Shown: positions 1 to 11,399 of the stretch, in pieces | Numbering within the stretch: the stretch's first letter is position 1 | Layout: each line of letters opens with the position of its first letter | DNA from: Octopus vulgaris | Taxonomy: Eukaryota | DNA length: 64,000 nt | Assembly (NCBI GenBank): GCA_951406725.2 | Contig: OX597838.1 | Span: 28,768,001-28,832,000 of the forward strand | Reading direction: 5' to 3' | Notes under the pieces: model-generated | What the model saw: only the letters and a program-made list of their open reading frames with translations | Told to the model about the DNA's origin: nothing | Databases searched by the model: none | Position numbers and translations under genes: made by a program

Positions 1-459
1 TTTAAATATTTAACTCTTTTGATATCAAACTGTCTGAGACCACCCCCGGTTCTATGCTGCAAACTTCTGGTTTTAAAATAATCTAAATTAAAACCTTCCA
101 TCAAAACTTAATTAAAACATTCCATCTCATATTAATTTATGTTCCAAACATCATCATCGTTTAGCGTCCACTTTCCATGCTAGCATGGGTTGGACGATTT
201 GACTGAGGTCTGGCAAACCAGACTCCAATCTGATCTGGCAGAGTTTCTACAGCTGGATGCCCTTCCTAATGCCAACCACTCCAAGAGTGTAATGGGTTCT
301 TTTACATGCCACCAGCACGAGGGCCAGTTTGGTGGTACTGGCAACGGCCACGCTCAAATGGTGCTTTTTATGTGCCACCTGCACAGGAGCTAGTCCAGCG
401 GCACTGGCAACAACCTCGCTCGAATGTCTTTTTTACCTCACTCGAATGTTTTAGCTTAA

Positions 460-678
460 CCCTTTAGTATTTAAACCGGCCATATCCGGCCAAAATAGTT
501 AATCTGTTTTATGTTCAAACTGACCAGATCCAGGCCCTCACACCTACCCTACAATATTATTCTACATTAAGTAATTACACCATCAAGATCTTGAAGATAT
601 GAGATAATGCATGATTAATTCAAATTAATAGGAATCAATAAGCATTATGTTTGATTGAATAATCTGAACACTAAAGGG
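460..678. mobile_element. piggyBac-like MITE nested in a larger related element (about 14-1135)
   Basis: CCCTTTAG...CTAAAGGG termini with TTAA on both sides. Related copies at 19323-19529, about 29796-30010 and 36267-36487. Confidence 0.78.
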
Positions 679-695
679 TTAATAATGGATTGAAT

Positions 696-967
696 TATTT
701 TATCAAAGTTTTTCTTATTTTCCAAATTTATTGGAACAAAGGCGGTATTTTTTAAAAGAAATATGGTAACGAAAGGCTTAACTCCTTTGATAACTTTTGA
801 GATCCCCACAAATTTCATGATAATGGACAGAGTTATTTTATCCAAGTTTTTCTTATTTTCCAAATTTATTGGAACAAAGGCAGTATTTTTTAACAGAAAG
901 TATTTTTTTTTAACGAAAGGCTTAACTCCTTTGATAACTTTTGAGATCCCCACAAATTTCATGATAC
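696..967 (+). repeat. Local tandem duplication, unit about 137 bp
   Basis: ttatc.aagtttttcttattttccaaatttattggaacaaagg...gatccccacaaatttcatgata occurs twice. Confidence 0.85.
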
Positions 968-1632
968 AGACTTCCCGTTTTAAAGTGATCTAAAAATCTT
1001 CCCTCAAAATTTCATGGTAATTTATGTTCCAAACACCAGAATAATTATGACAAGAATTAATGAATTCTTCATTATTTTTCAAAATTAATTGAAATTAAGG
1101 CAGTGTATTTCAACAGAAATATGGTAAGAAAAGGGTTAAAGACTGTGAAGTGAGAGCCCTTTTAGCATGAATTTGGAGATTGTTTTCGGTGGATGTTTGG
1201 GATCAAAATGGTTAACGAACAGTTAATCTAATCATTTGAACTGTTGCAGTAAATTGCCTGACTTTATAAATCTTCAAAATTTAACGATCCTCTCTCGCTA
1301 TTGTTCCAATAAATAAACCACCGAGATTGTTGGCGCAATTGTTTTCACAGCTGGGAGTGTCTATGTGGTTACTCAGTTTGCTAGAGATAGCAGCCAAATG
1401 TCTTCAATCATATCTCACAGTCCTCACTATCGTCATCATCATTGTTATCATCATCATCATTTAATGTCTGCTTCCCGTACTGGCTTCAGTTGGACTAATT
1501 GTTGTACATCTTATTCGTAGTCACTGTTCTCCAAGATGGATCAAAGGATCGACTGTTGCTCATATGCTGCAATTTTAGGCATGCTTTCTGCAGCTGGATG
1601 TTCTTTCTAACACCAACTATTTTACAGTGTGT

Positions 1633-2018
1633 CTATCTATCCGCTCAGTCAAAGTCGACTCTCGGTCACTCGTTGGATCAGTGTCCTCCAGTCAGTTCTA
1701 TCCTGGGCCGTTTCTTTCAGACTGGCTATGTCCATTCTGATATCACTCTTGATGGTGTCAAGCCAGCGGGTTCTTGGTCAGTCTCTTCCTCTCTTGCCAC
1801 TGACCATTCCGAGCAGGATGTCCTTCTCCAGGGATTTTCTCCGCATAATATGACCGAAATATGTCAATCTATACTTGGTGATCCTAGCTTCTAGCGACAT
1901 TTTCGGCCTGATCTGCTTAAGAACTTCTCCATTGGTGAGCCTCACTGTCCATGGAATCCGTAAAAGTCTTCTCCAACACCAAAGCTCGAATGCATTAAAT
2001 CTCTTCTGGTCAGCTTTC
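1633..2018 (-). mobile_element. RTE-clade (BovB-like) LINE 3' fragment with target site duplication
   Basis: Minus strand reads NAFELWCWRRLLRIPWT...LTYFGHIMRR..SLEKDILLG..PRTRWLD with in-frame stops; (ATAG)n tail; TSD ttacagtgtgt at 1622-1632 and 2019-2029. Confidence 0.88.
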
Positions 2019-2291
2019 TTACAGTGTGTACCATATGCTTTTTATCATGGCACCAGCATCAGAGAGTTGGTTGTGTCCTCAACAAGGCTGGCCATCCTCT
2101 AAACCTTACAGTGATTCAGTTCAAGTTAGTGTGACCATCTTAAAAAGAAAATATAATAGAAATGGGCAATGTAGCCTTAGATAGATAAAAGATGAAGTCA
2201 CGACAGGAGGGTTTTTGACCATAGGTCTACTCATTCATGGCTGACCTAGGGCTATACAGCAACATGAGCCCGGATTAAGGCTTGTTTGTTA

Positions 2292-2668
2292 TTACTCGTT
2301 TACTCTTTTACTTGTTTCAGTCATTTGACTGACCATGCTGGAGCACCACCTTCAATCGAGCAACTCGACCCCGGGACTTATTCTTTTGTATGCCCAGTAC
2401 TTATTCTATCGGTCTCTTTTGCTGAACCGCTAAGTAACAGGGACATAAACACACTAGCATCAGTTGTCAAGCAATGCTAGGGGGACAAACACACACACGC
2501 ATATATATATACATATATACGACAGGCTTCTTTCAGTTTCCTTTCTACCAAATCCACTCACAAGGCATTGGTCGGCCTGAGGCTATAGTAGAAGACACTT
2601 GCCCAAGGAGTCACGCAGTGGGACTGAACCCGGAACCATGTGGTTGGTAAACAAGCTACTTACCACAC
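2292..2668 (-). mobile_element. tRNA-derived CORE-type SINE, family A
   Basis: Shares the family A consensus: head gtggctgtgtggtaag...gggttcagtccc, CORE-like ccttgggcaagtg, central microsatellite, tail gaaacaagtaaaagag. Confidence 0.85.
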
Positions 2669-2897
2669 GTTCGCATTAATTGGAACAAGAAGAGTTATCT
2701 ACCTTGTTCAGTGTTGAACTCCAATGAAGAAAAAAAAATACTTAGCAAATGAGTATGACCTAGTTGTATGTACCATGGTTTTGCTAATTGTTTTAGGTGC
2801 TTGTGGGGTTGTGGGCTGATATAGACATCCTCTTGGCTCTCTGCTCTTCAGGGCATCAAGGTGTGACGTTTGGAGGGAAAGAGAGGGCTGCACTAGT

Positions 2898-3053
2898 CGG
2901 GCTGACTGAGAGCATTAAGGGCCCTCGGGCATAACAGTTTACTGGGCCCCTTTGAATGTGTGTTTTAGTAGAGTTAACAAGTTGAGTGCGGGCCCCTCAG
3001 AGCTCTGGGCCCTCAGGTTGTGCCTTATTGACTGATGGCTCAGTCTACACCTG
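2898..3053. mobile_element. Degenerate hAT-like MITE
   Basis: 8-bp TSD gcactagt at 2890-2897 and 3054-3061; internal GGGCCC motifs; ends CCTG. Confidence 0.6.
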
Positions 3054-3402
3054 GCACTAGTGCTCTTCCGATATTTATTTTCACTTGAGTAAAGCTGAAC
3101 GATGTGAAATTAAGTGCATCATATTATTGACACAATGTGTCACCTAGAGCAGGAATTGAACCTGTCGACCTCATGATCCTCAGCCCAGCACACTCACCAT
3201 TTGACTACACCCCTTTACTAACACAGTGCCACTAACAAAAGCTTTTACTATATGGACTTGTGGTTAGTAGTAGGGTAGCTTACCTTTTTGGCTATCGTAC
3301 CACTTGTAAAACCATTGCTGTCTCATGTGGTTAGACCTCAGAGCTGCAGAGTCAACAAGGGAATCTCTGTTTGTGTGTGTGCGGCTATAGTCTGGCTACA
3401 CT

Positions 3403-3797
3403 CTCTTACTCTTTACTTGTTTACTTGTTTCAGTCATTTGACTGCAGCCATGCTGGAGCACCGCCTTTAATCGAGCAACTCGACCCCAGGACTTATTCTT
3501 TTGTAAGCTCAGTACTTATTCTATCGGTCTCTTTTGCCGAACTGCTAAGTAACGGGGACATAAACACACCAGCATCGGTTGTCAAGCAATGCTAGGGGTA
3601 CAAACACAGACACACAAACACACACACACATATACATATATACGACAGGCTTCTTTCAGTTTCCGTCTACCAAATCCACTCACAAGGCTTTGGTCGGCCC
3701 GACGCTATAGTAGAAGACACTTGCCCAAGGTGCCACGCAGTGGGACTGAACCCGGAACCATGTGGTTGGTAAACAAGCTACTTACCACACAGCCACA
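3403..3797 (-). mobile_element. SINE family A
   Basis: Near full-length match to the other family A copies. Confidence 0.85.
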
Positions 3798-4374
3798 AGC
3801 CTTGTTAGTAATTTGTTCCCTCTCTCCTGTTCCTTGCTGTCTTTTCACCAATTCTCTAATTTATTACCCCTCCTCCCTTCACCGAGAATCATCACACGCT
3901 CTCTTTTATTCTCCCTCAGTTATAAGACCCACTTTAGACTCTTTGCATATTACGAGGCTGCCCTCACTAGTGCTGGTGTTGTGAAAAAAAAGGTACCAAC
4001 AAACGGATTAAGTCGATTATATCGACCCCAGTGCATAACTGGTACTTATTTAATCGACCACAAAAGGACGAGAGGCAAAGTCAACCTTGGCGGAATTTGA
4101 ACTCAGAACGTAGCGGCATACGAAATACCGCTAAGCATTTCGCCCGGCGTGCTAACGTTTCTGCCAGCTCGCCACCTTACATAATCAAATAATTGTAATG
4201 TGGACCACTTGGCCACAGCTGTGGCTTCTCTCTCTCTCTCTCTCTGTCTCTCTCTCACATACACACACACACAGGCACGTGCGCATGCACACACACACAT
4301 CCTCATGCCTTTTTTGTGCCTTTTACTCCCTTTTCTTTGTCGTTTTTCTTAAATCTCTTTTGTTTCACTTGCAG

Positions 4375-4491
4375 GTTATTGTCCCCATTGCAAGAAGACA
4401 CTTTGAGAACAACCTACCAACCTCAAGTGAAGATTTTGAAACGGCAGCCTGGTACTGGTGCTACAACCAACAGAACTGGCAATTCAGCAAA
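4375..4491 (+). CDS. SZRD1: SUZ domain-containing protein 1, internal coding exon (upstream exons not found in this window)
   Basis: Polypyrimidine tract and ttgcag acceptor, gtgagt donor. The frame starting at 4376 reads LLSPLQEDTLRTTYQPQVKILKRQPGTG, matching the recalled SZRD1 motif QDD..PQIRILKR. Phase 2 joins the next exon in frame. Confidence 0.88.
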
Positions 4492-4571
4492 GTGAGTCCC
4501 GTGTTTCTTTCATCTTTAACCCTTTAGCATTCAGATCACTGAATCAGATGTAATCCTCATTTATTCACATT

Positions 4572-5180
4572 CATCATCATCATCGTTTAATGTCCGTTTT
4601 CTGCGCTAGCACGTTTTGGACGGTTCGACCGGGGTCTGGGAAGCCAGGGGCTGCACCAGGCTCCGGTCTGATCTGGCAGTGTTTCTACAGCTGGATGCCC
4701 TTCCTAATGCCAACCACTCCGCGAGTGTAGTGGGTGCTTTTTACGTGCCAGGGGAGTCTGGCATCGGCCACAATCGGTTGGTGCTTTTAACGTGCCGCCG
4801 GCACGGAAGCCAGCCAAGGCGGTGCTGGCATCGGCCACGTTCGGATGGTGCTTTTTACGTGCCACTGGCACAGAAGCCAGTTGAGCCGGCGCTGGCAATG
4901 CCCACGTTCAGATGGTGCTTTCTATGTGCCACCGGCACAGGTATCACAACTACTATTTCCATTGATATTTATTTCGATGTTCATGTACTTGACTCAGCAG
5001 GTCTCCTCAAGCACAGCGGGATGTTCTGGAATCCAAGGTACTTTGAATGGGCTGGGGCTATGCGGAACTAGTGCAGGAAGCAGCCCGGGTCTTTGCAGTC
5101 ACAGCATATCTCCAGAGATCTCAATCCTTCGCCATTGCCTCAGTGAGGCCCTGGCGAAGGACTGAGATCTCCGAGATATG
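4572..5180 (-). mobile_element. Interspersed repeat family C with (TGA)n tail and internal ggtgctttttacgtgcc repeats
   Basis: Hallmark ggttggc(g/a)ttaggaagggcatccagctgtagaaac. Copies at about 150-445, 19864-20120, 30460-30900 (+), 50031-50274 (+), 63019-63320 and 63363-63675. Strand is inferred from the tail. Confidence 0.8.
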
Positions 5181-5626
5181 CTAATCGTGGATTATCTCGT
5201 AGCTGTTAGTATTAAACCCTGGTGACGGATTAAGTCTATCACCTGATCATAAAGTGGTGGGTTCAGTTCCTGGACTGGGCAGTGCATTGTCTCTGAGCAA
5301 GGCACTTAATTCCACGTAGCTTCAATCAATTCAGCCTGAAAATGAGTACCAGTGGTGTACTAGGGCAGCCCTATCTCCCTCCAGTTGTCACATCATGGAT
5401 GCTCAGCTTAGTCAAGGGTTAGGATTGCTAAGAGGATAGTGATGGTTCGGCTTTCTAGGAAAACATCACATTATTTTATGTCCAGTTTTCCATGCTGTCA
5501 TGGGTCGGATGATTCCACAGAAGCTGGCAAGTCAGATGTCTGTACCAAACTCTACTCTCTGCTTTGGCATGGTTTCTATGGACTGGATGCCATTCTTAAC
5601 GCCAGCCACTTTACAGAGTGCACTGA

Positions 5627-5657
<31 letters not shown>

Positions 5658-6150
5658 TACATGTCAGTTGACCTATGATGAAAGATATTCCAACTGTGAA
5701 CATCCCCTTTCATATCATTATTTTAATTAAAGGTGGTAAGCTGGCTGAATTGTTTGCGCATCAGACAAAATGCTTTGTGGCATTTCGTGCATTCTGAGTT
5801 CAAATTCTGCTGAGGTCGATTTTGTCTTTCATCTTTTCGGGGTTTAACTTTGCTTTTCATCCTTTCAGGGGTCGATAAAGTAGGTACCAGTAGTGTGCTG
5901 GGGTTGATGTAATTAACTTACCCTTTCCTGAAATTGCTGGCCTTGTGCCAAAATTTGAAACCATTTTATTTTTTATTTTATTTTATTTATTTGTTTGCTT
6001 TCCAGATATAATGTACCTAGGGTTATATTAACCAGTTTGCACCTTCTTTTCTTAAGAAGTTCAAATGTGATGTGAAGAATGTTCTGCTGCTATTTCTTCT
6101 AACAGGTCAAGTACCTATGTAGAGGTTCCCACTTTGGATGAAGCAATATG

Positions 6151-6537
6151 TTATTTACAATTGACAGATATTTGTCCTCATCTTGTTTGTTGTTAACACG
6201 TTTTGGCTGATATACCCTCGAGCCCTTCATCAGGTGTCTTGGGGAAATTTCGAACCTGGGTTCTCATTCCTAAGGTATTTTTCGATGTTATTATTATTCA
6301 GGTCACTGCTTGGAATTGAACTCGGAATCTTGGGGTTAGTAGCCCGCGCTCTTAACCACTACACCATATGCCCGTAGAATGAGAACCCAGGTTTGAAGTT
6401 TCCCCCAAGACACCTGATGAAGGCTGGAGGGTATATCAGCCGAGACGTTGTGTTAGCAACAAACAAGATGAGGACAAATATCCGTCAAATGTAAATAATG
6501 TAAATAATTCCTCATCTCTTAAACATAGCACTGTATA
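6151..6537 (-). mobile_element. tRNA-headed SINE-like element with hammerhead-containing tail (6151-6373, -) plus an inverted partial tail copy (6377-6537, +)
   Basis: Head GGGCATATGGTGTAGTGGTTAAG...GAGTTCAATTCC (A and B boxes); arms 6151-6269 and 6377-6498 are inverted copies; CTGATGA-stem-GA(G)A core. Confidence 0.75.
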
Positions 6538-6761
6538 AACAATATGTTTGTTTGTTTGTTTGTTAGTTAGTTTGTTTGCTCGCTCAGTCACTCCCTCCCT
6601 TTCTCCCCTCTCCCCCAGATCAGCACTTTTTATCTTGTACCTTCTTGTTTCAGTGATTGGGTTGTGGCCATGCTGGGGCACCCACCGTAAACAGAAACAG
6701 CTGGTGGAAATGTTTGAAACGAGCCTTATTTCTCTTTTTTTTTTCTCTCTTTCCGTTTTAG

Positions 6762-6893
6762 CAATGTTTCAGTTAATCGTCCCCTAAAGACACTGGAACA
6801 ACGAGAAGCTGAATATGCTGAAGCCAGACTGAGGATCATGGGATGTGCAACTGGCTATGATGGCCAACAGACACAATTGCCTTCAGACAATAG
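6762..6893 (+). CDS. SZRD1: SZRD1 internal exon encoding the SUZ domain core
   Basis: ttttag acceptor and gtgagg donor; reads NVSVNRPLKTLEQREAEYAEARLRIMG, the hallmark K(S/T)LxQREAEYAEARxRI SUZ motif; phases consistent with both neighbours. Confidence 0.93.
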
Positions 6894-7326
6894 GTGAGGC
6901 TTGCTCTCTTATCTTTTACCTTTCGCTTGTTTCAATCATTGGATTGCGGCCGTGCTGGGGGCACCACCCTAATGCGTTTAGTTGAACAAATTGACCCCGT
7001 TACTTAACTTTTAAGTTTGGTACTTATTCTGTCAGTCTCTTATACTGAACCACTTTGTTACAGGAATGTAAACAAACCAACACTGGTTTTCCAGCAGTGT
7101 GGTGGGGACAAGTGCAAAAAACATGTATCCATCTACACACGCACATATATACATACACACACACATGATGGTCTTCCTTCAGTTTCTGTCTACTGAGTCC
7201 ACTCACGAGGCTTTGGTAGGCCCGGGGTTATAGTAGAAGAAGCTTGCCCAAGGTACCATGCAGTGAGACTGAACCCAGAATCATGTGGTTGGGAAGCAAG
7301 CTTCTTACCACACAGCCACGCCAGGT

Positions 7327-7990
7327 GATTGAAAGAGTAGGATTGCAAATGCAAGAGGCCAAAATGGGGTTCCTCTGAAGGGTCTCTGGAGTAATGTTAC
7401 TCAACATGGTTCAGAGGTCAGGGGATCTCTCCATATCAAGCCACTACTTCTCCACATTGAGGGGTCACAACTCTGTGTGATTAGAATGTCTCAAGAAAGA
7501 ATTTCAAGATGGGTCCTTCAAGCTGAGCCAACTGGTGGGTGACCTAGGGGTGGATCAAGGACGAGATGGTTGCATAAAATCCATTAGTCTCAGTGAGTTA
7601 TGAATGTTGGGTAATGACCAAAAGAGTACAATCGCGAATACAAGAAGCCAAAATGGGGGTCTGTTAAAGGTTCTTTTGAGCAATATTCCTTGACAGGGTG
7701 CATTACTTGGAGGTGTGAGTCTCTCCAGGTCAAGCCATTATTTCTCTGCATTGAGAGGTGACAGTTCCAGTATTATGAACATGTGATTAGAATATCACAG
7801 GAAGGAATCGCATAACACATTCTTCAAACCAAGGGAGCAGGAGACCCAGGGGTGGACCAAAAATGAGATGGTTGGATAATGTCCATAGTCTGAGTTGGTC
7901 AAGCCTGGGAATCCAGCAGGAAAGTGTAATGACGGTTGCTTCCGAGAGGACCCTCTGGAGGAGGGGCCTGAGGATTCTAAGCCCATCAGC
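7327..7990 (+). mobile_element. Two tandem degenerate RTE (Rex3/Expander-like) LINE 3' fragments
   Basis: Two decayed copies resembling MTERVRSRIQ.A.MGFL.RVSGV.LLD.V at about 7327 and 7615. Confidence 0.6.
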
Positions 7991-8009
7991 CTGCTAGAAA
8001 TAGCAAGTG

Positions 8010-8240
8010 GAAGAGATAGATGGAAATTGTTAAGCCTAGGGGAAGGGGCAGAGCCCATGACTTTTGCAATTCCTCTAAGACAGGTCAGTTTGGTGCCATT
8101 TAAGTTCCATTTAAATGATTTGAGACCAACACCTGTCAGAAAGATATGACCCAGGAGGAAATTCCAGACGGTTGATGTTCTGGGAAGGAATGAACAGGCA
8201 TAGGGGTTAGGGTGCATTTGGATGCACCCAAGTGAGGGTG
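8010..8240 (-). mobile_element. Decayed 3' end of a CR1/L2/Jockey-group LINE
   Basis: Minus strand YACSFLPRTSTVWNFL...LKSFKWNLN resembles the SF.PRT...WN.L...SFK C-terminus of these LINEs. Confidence 0.55.
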
Positions 8241-8321
8241 AAAGGTGGGGGCTGAACCCAAAACCATGTGGTTACACAACAAAAACTTCTTAACCATAGA
8301 GCCATGATAACTCTCTTTCTT

Positions 8322-8712
8322 TCTCTTTTACTTGTTTCAGTCATTTGACTGTGGCCATGCTGGAGCATCGCCTTTAGTTGAGTAACTCGACCCTGGGACT
8401 TATTCGTTGTAAGCCCAGTACTTATTCTATCGGTCTCTTTTGCCGAACCGCTAAGTGACGGGGACATAAACACACCAGCATCGGTTGTCAAGCAATGCTA
8501 GGGGGACAAATACAGTCACACAAACATACACGCACATACATATATATATACGACGGGCTTCTTTCAGTTTCCGTCTACCAAATCCACTCACAAGGCTTTG
8601 GTTGGCCCGAGGGTATAGTAGAAGACACCTGCCCAAGGTGCCACGCAGTGGGACTGAACCTGGAACTATGTGGTTGGTAAGCAAGCTACTTACCACACAG
8701 CCACTCCTGCGC
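8322..8712 (-). mobile_element. SINE family A (last SZRD1 intron)
   Basis: Full-length copy. A more degenerate copy lies at about 6912-7322 (-) and another at about 18871-19230 (+). Confidence 0.87.
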
Positions 8713-8795
8713 CTTTTTTTTTTTTTGCTTTGTTTTGTAATTGTTTTTCTTTTTTATATATTTATATATATCTATTTTTGTTTTCTCTTTTCCAG

Positions 8796-8907
8796 CAAAC
8801 CTGTGAAATTACTGCAACCATTGGATTATTGCAGTCCAGACAACAACATAGTCCGTCAACCAAAGGGTCCGGATGGCAGCCGTGGTTTCATTAGTGCACA
8901 GAGGTAG
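8796..8907 (+). CDS. SZRD1: SZRD1 terminal coding exon (SUZ-C motif)
   Basis: ttccag acceptor; reads KPVKLLQPLDYCSPDNNIVRQPKGPDGSRGFISAQR-stop (TAG 8905-8907); RQPxGPDGSxGF is the SUZ-C motif. Confidence 0.93.
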
Positions 8908-8981
8908 TTGTCGGAAACTGGAGGGGGTAGAAAAAATATGGCTGTAAACCCCTCACTTGGAGAAATCAAAAGATATCAAGC

Positions 8982-9375
8982 TATATATATATATATATAT
9001 ATTTATGTGTGTGTGTATGTATATATATATATATATAATGGTATATACATGAATATATATGTATATACACACACATATCTATATAATGATATATATGTAT
9101 GTAATACATGTATATGTATGTGTGTGTATGTATATATATATATAATGACATGTAATACATGCTTGTGTGTGTATGTGTACATGTATATGTACACACTCCT
9201 ATATTAATGCATCTATGTATATATGTATATATGTGTGTATATGTATGTATATGTGCCTGTTTATATATATATATACATATATATACACACACACACACAT
9301 AGACATATATATGCACTTATGTGTGTGTGTGTGTATATATATATACACACACACACGTGTGTATACATGTTTGTA

Positions 9376-9420
<45 letters not shown>

Positions 9421-9525
9421 GTCTATACATATGTGTGCATATACATGTTTGTATGTATATATATATATACATACATATACACACACATACACTCATACAT
9501 AAACACACACATATATATATATACC
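8982..9525. repeat. Compound (TA)/(TG)/(CA) microsatellite field, representative of many
   Basis: Similar fields at about 11325-11780, 17185-17640, 31600-31835, 33670-34160, 50770-51135, 53375-53540 and 55300-55760. Confidence 0.95.
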
Positions 9526-9720
9526 GACATACTCGAGAAAAAGAAAATAACACCCAACATCGTTATTAATGTATTGCTTTTGAGAATTACACACTTACAG
9601 ACACACACACACACAAACAGTGGGGGTGGGGTTTGGTGGGTGGGTGGGTGGGGGAATCTATGTCTGTACCTGTTGCCATGGAGACTACTGCTATCACACC
9701 ATTGTAAAAAAAAAATAAAA

Positions 9721-9754
<34 letters not shown>

Positions 9755-9961
9755 CAAAAGAAAGAAAAAATGCAAAAAAAAAAACCCCAAACAAACAAAC
9801 AAACAATAACAAGACAATAACGAAAAAAACCATCCTACTTGTCCCTGTCCTTCCTTCTCCTCCCCCGGAGAGAAGGAGGGAGGGGGGAGGTTGGGGGTAG
9901 GGACTTCGGTCTTCGCCCACCCACCCACCCCCCTCCTGTTGTACCTTCGTCCAACCAACCA

Positions 9962-9992
<31 letters not shown>

Positions 9993-10459
9993 AATGCCCT
10001 TCTTCTTCTTCAACACCATCAAAGTTTTGTAGTGACCCAATCTTAAAAACTGTTCTCTTAATTAACAAACAAACAAAAAAAAAAAACAACAACAAAAAAA
10101 CCGGAGAAGAACAAAAGAACAAGAAAAAGAAAAAAACAGAATCCTTTAAAAAAACACCCAAAAAACATGAGATAAACATCCTGCTTCTTCCTCTTCTTCT
10201 ACTCTTTTTGTCTTTTATTTTTGATGCTTTTATTATTATCATCATCATCACCATTATCATCATCATCATTATTAATATTATCATCATTATTATTATCATT
10301 ATTATTATTATTATTATTTAGGTGGTGAGCTGGCAGAATTGTTAGCACATCTGACCGACATGCTTAGCGACAATTTCCTTGCAGTGCTTTATGTTCCGAG
10401 TTCAAATTCTGCTGAGGTTGACTTTTACCTTTCATCCTTGTGTTGGTCAAAAAAAAAAA

Positions 10460-10499
<40 letters not shown>

Positions 10500-10926
10500 T
10501 ATATATAGTACCAGTTACACACTGGGGTTGATGTATTCAACTAAACCCCTACTCCACATTCACACACCCCATCCCCCAAATTGCTGCCTTGTGTTAAAAT
10601 GTGAAATTATTATTTTATCATTATAATAATAATAATATAATAATGATAATAATAATAATAATGATTATTATTATTATTTATTTTTTTCATTCACTTAGGG
10701 CGAATGACCAACAGGTTTTGTTAGAGCATTGGGCAAAAAATAAATGCTCTGCAAATATTTCGTTTCTTCAGCTCTTGGTGTCCTGAGTTCAAAAGCCACC
10801 AGGGTCAACTTTGCCTTTCAAAAATTTAAGTACCAGTCCCAAGTACTGAGGTCAATCAAATGTAAGCCCCTTCTCGCTAAAAATTGCAGGCCTTGTGCTA
10901 AAATTAGAAACCGTTTATTATTATTA

Positions 10927-10964
<38 letters not shown>

Positions 10965-11367
10965 TCCATTATTCATGCAGAGTTGGTTGTTTGTTTTACA
11001 TTTGTGTGTGTGGTGAGTGAATGATCTAGAAAAAGAAGGAAAAAAAATTGATGCAAGGTTTTAAGCAAATGAGAAGGGGAAAAAAAATTAAGAGATGACC
11101 ATCCCCTCTGGAAAAATGGCAAAAAAGATAATAATGACCACTCATCACATGACTCAAGGATTTCCTTTAATTTTTTTTTGTGTTTTGTTTTTTGTTTGTT
11201 TTTCTTTTGTTTAATACGTTTTTGTGTTGTTGTATTTGTTGGAGTTTCTGTTTTTATCGTTTCATTTTTTTCTTTTTCTTATTTTTTTAAAACATTCTCT
11301 TTTTGATATATTCTTTTAAATGCTTGTGTGTATGTATATGTATGTATATATATGTGTGTGTTTGTGT

Positions 11368-11399
<32 letters not shown>

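Noticed and set aside
3589-3984. Recurrent peptides such as RRHLPKVPRSGTEPGTMWLV and MTTDAGVF that look like a gene family
   Set aside because: Chance translations of SINE family A copies.
4198-4527. ORF-track frame VIVPIARRHFENN...WYWCYNQQNW over the 4375-4491 exon
   Set aside because: Wrong frame. The alternative frame gives the SZRD1 motif and is the one compatible with the next exon's phase.
9672-9685. Strong RFX X-box match GTTGCCATGGAGAC
   Set aside because: An isolated motif downstream of the SZRD1 stop codon with no other promoter features; a single hit is not enough.
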